Part shown: positions 23,718 to 23,823 of the stretch, in pieces
Layout: each line of letters begins with the position of its first letter
How positions within the stretch are numbered: the first letter of the stretch is position 1
Origin: Ignavibacteria bacterium
GTDB taxonomy: Bacteria; Elusimicrobiota; Endomicrobiia; PHAN01
Assembly (NCBI GenBank): GCA_041694835.1
Contig: JBGFRZ010000045.1
Coordinates: 1 to 23,823 of the forward strand
Direction of reading: 5' to 3'
Length of the DNA stretch: 23,823 nucleotides
Notes under the pieces: model-generated
The model's database searches: none
What the model was told of the DNA's origin: nothing
What the model saw: the letters and a program-made list of their open reading frames with translations, nothing else
Position numbers and translations under genes: made by a program

Positions 23718-23823
23718 ACAATTCGGACTAATTTTTCATCAAAATGAGTGTGCTGTAACATCTTCAGTATAGTCGGAAAAAGGTCTTCGTCTCTATGATT
23801 AAATCTGAAAGAAATTTCACCCA
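23706..23823 (-). mobile_element. End of an IS1595-family-like insertion sequence (transposase C-terminus, cut by window edge)
   Basis: Minus strand 23821-23714 reads GEISFRFNHRDEDLFPTILKML..* (E..FRFN.R motif of IS1595/ISXO2 DDE transposases); candidate terminal IR starts GGTAATG at 23706. Confidence 0.7.

Overview
Bacterial chromosomal window; nearly all genes are on the + strand. 1-7577 is a heat-shock/modification operon (hrcA-grpE-dnaK-dnaJ-rsmE-mtaB; no prmA). 7944-23361 is a bacterial microcompartment (BMC) locus whose enzyme set best fits the sugar-phosphate-utilisation (SPU) type: tpiA, pduL, a BMC-H, two BMC-P, an acylating aldehyde dehydrogenase with an encapsulation peptide, pduS-like, pduT-like, and two rpiB (one with Asp in place of the catalytic Cys). 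No deoC is in the window. Accessory DNA interrupts the BMC operon: a hicBA cassette bracketed by a recoded duplicate of the aldehyde dehydrogenase 3' end; a ~6 kb defence-like island (ORF6N pseudogene, GHKL ATPase-nuclease fusion, MNT-HEPN, HsdR-N nuclease plus DNA methyltransferase, HEPN-MNT); a relBE-like pair between pduS and pduT; and a four-helix-bundle gene apparently cut by an IS1595-like element at the right edge. The most unusual signal is non-coding. Most long intergenic gaps hold nested small repeat elements sitting on or beside stop codons: a 132-bp MITE (2 copies, TGA target duplication, supplies the A of the next ATG), a 318-bp MITE (TAAA duplication) with three other elements nested inside it, GTAG-footed REP doublets with compensatory base changes, and 6-10-mer periodic tracts. 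All calls are from reading the sequence; no database searches were run.
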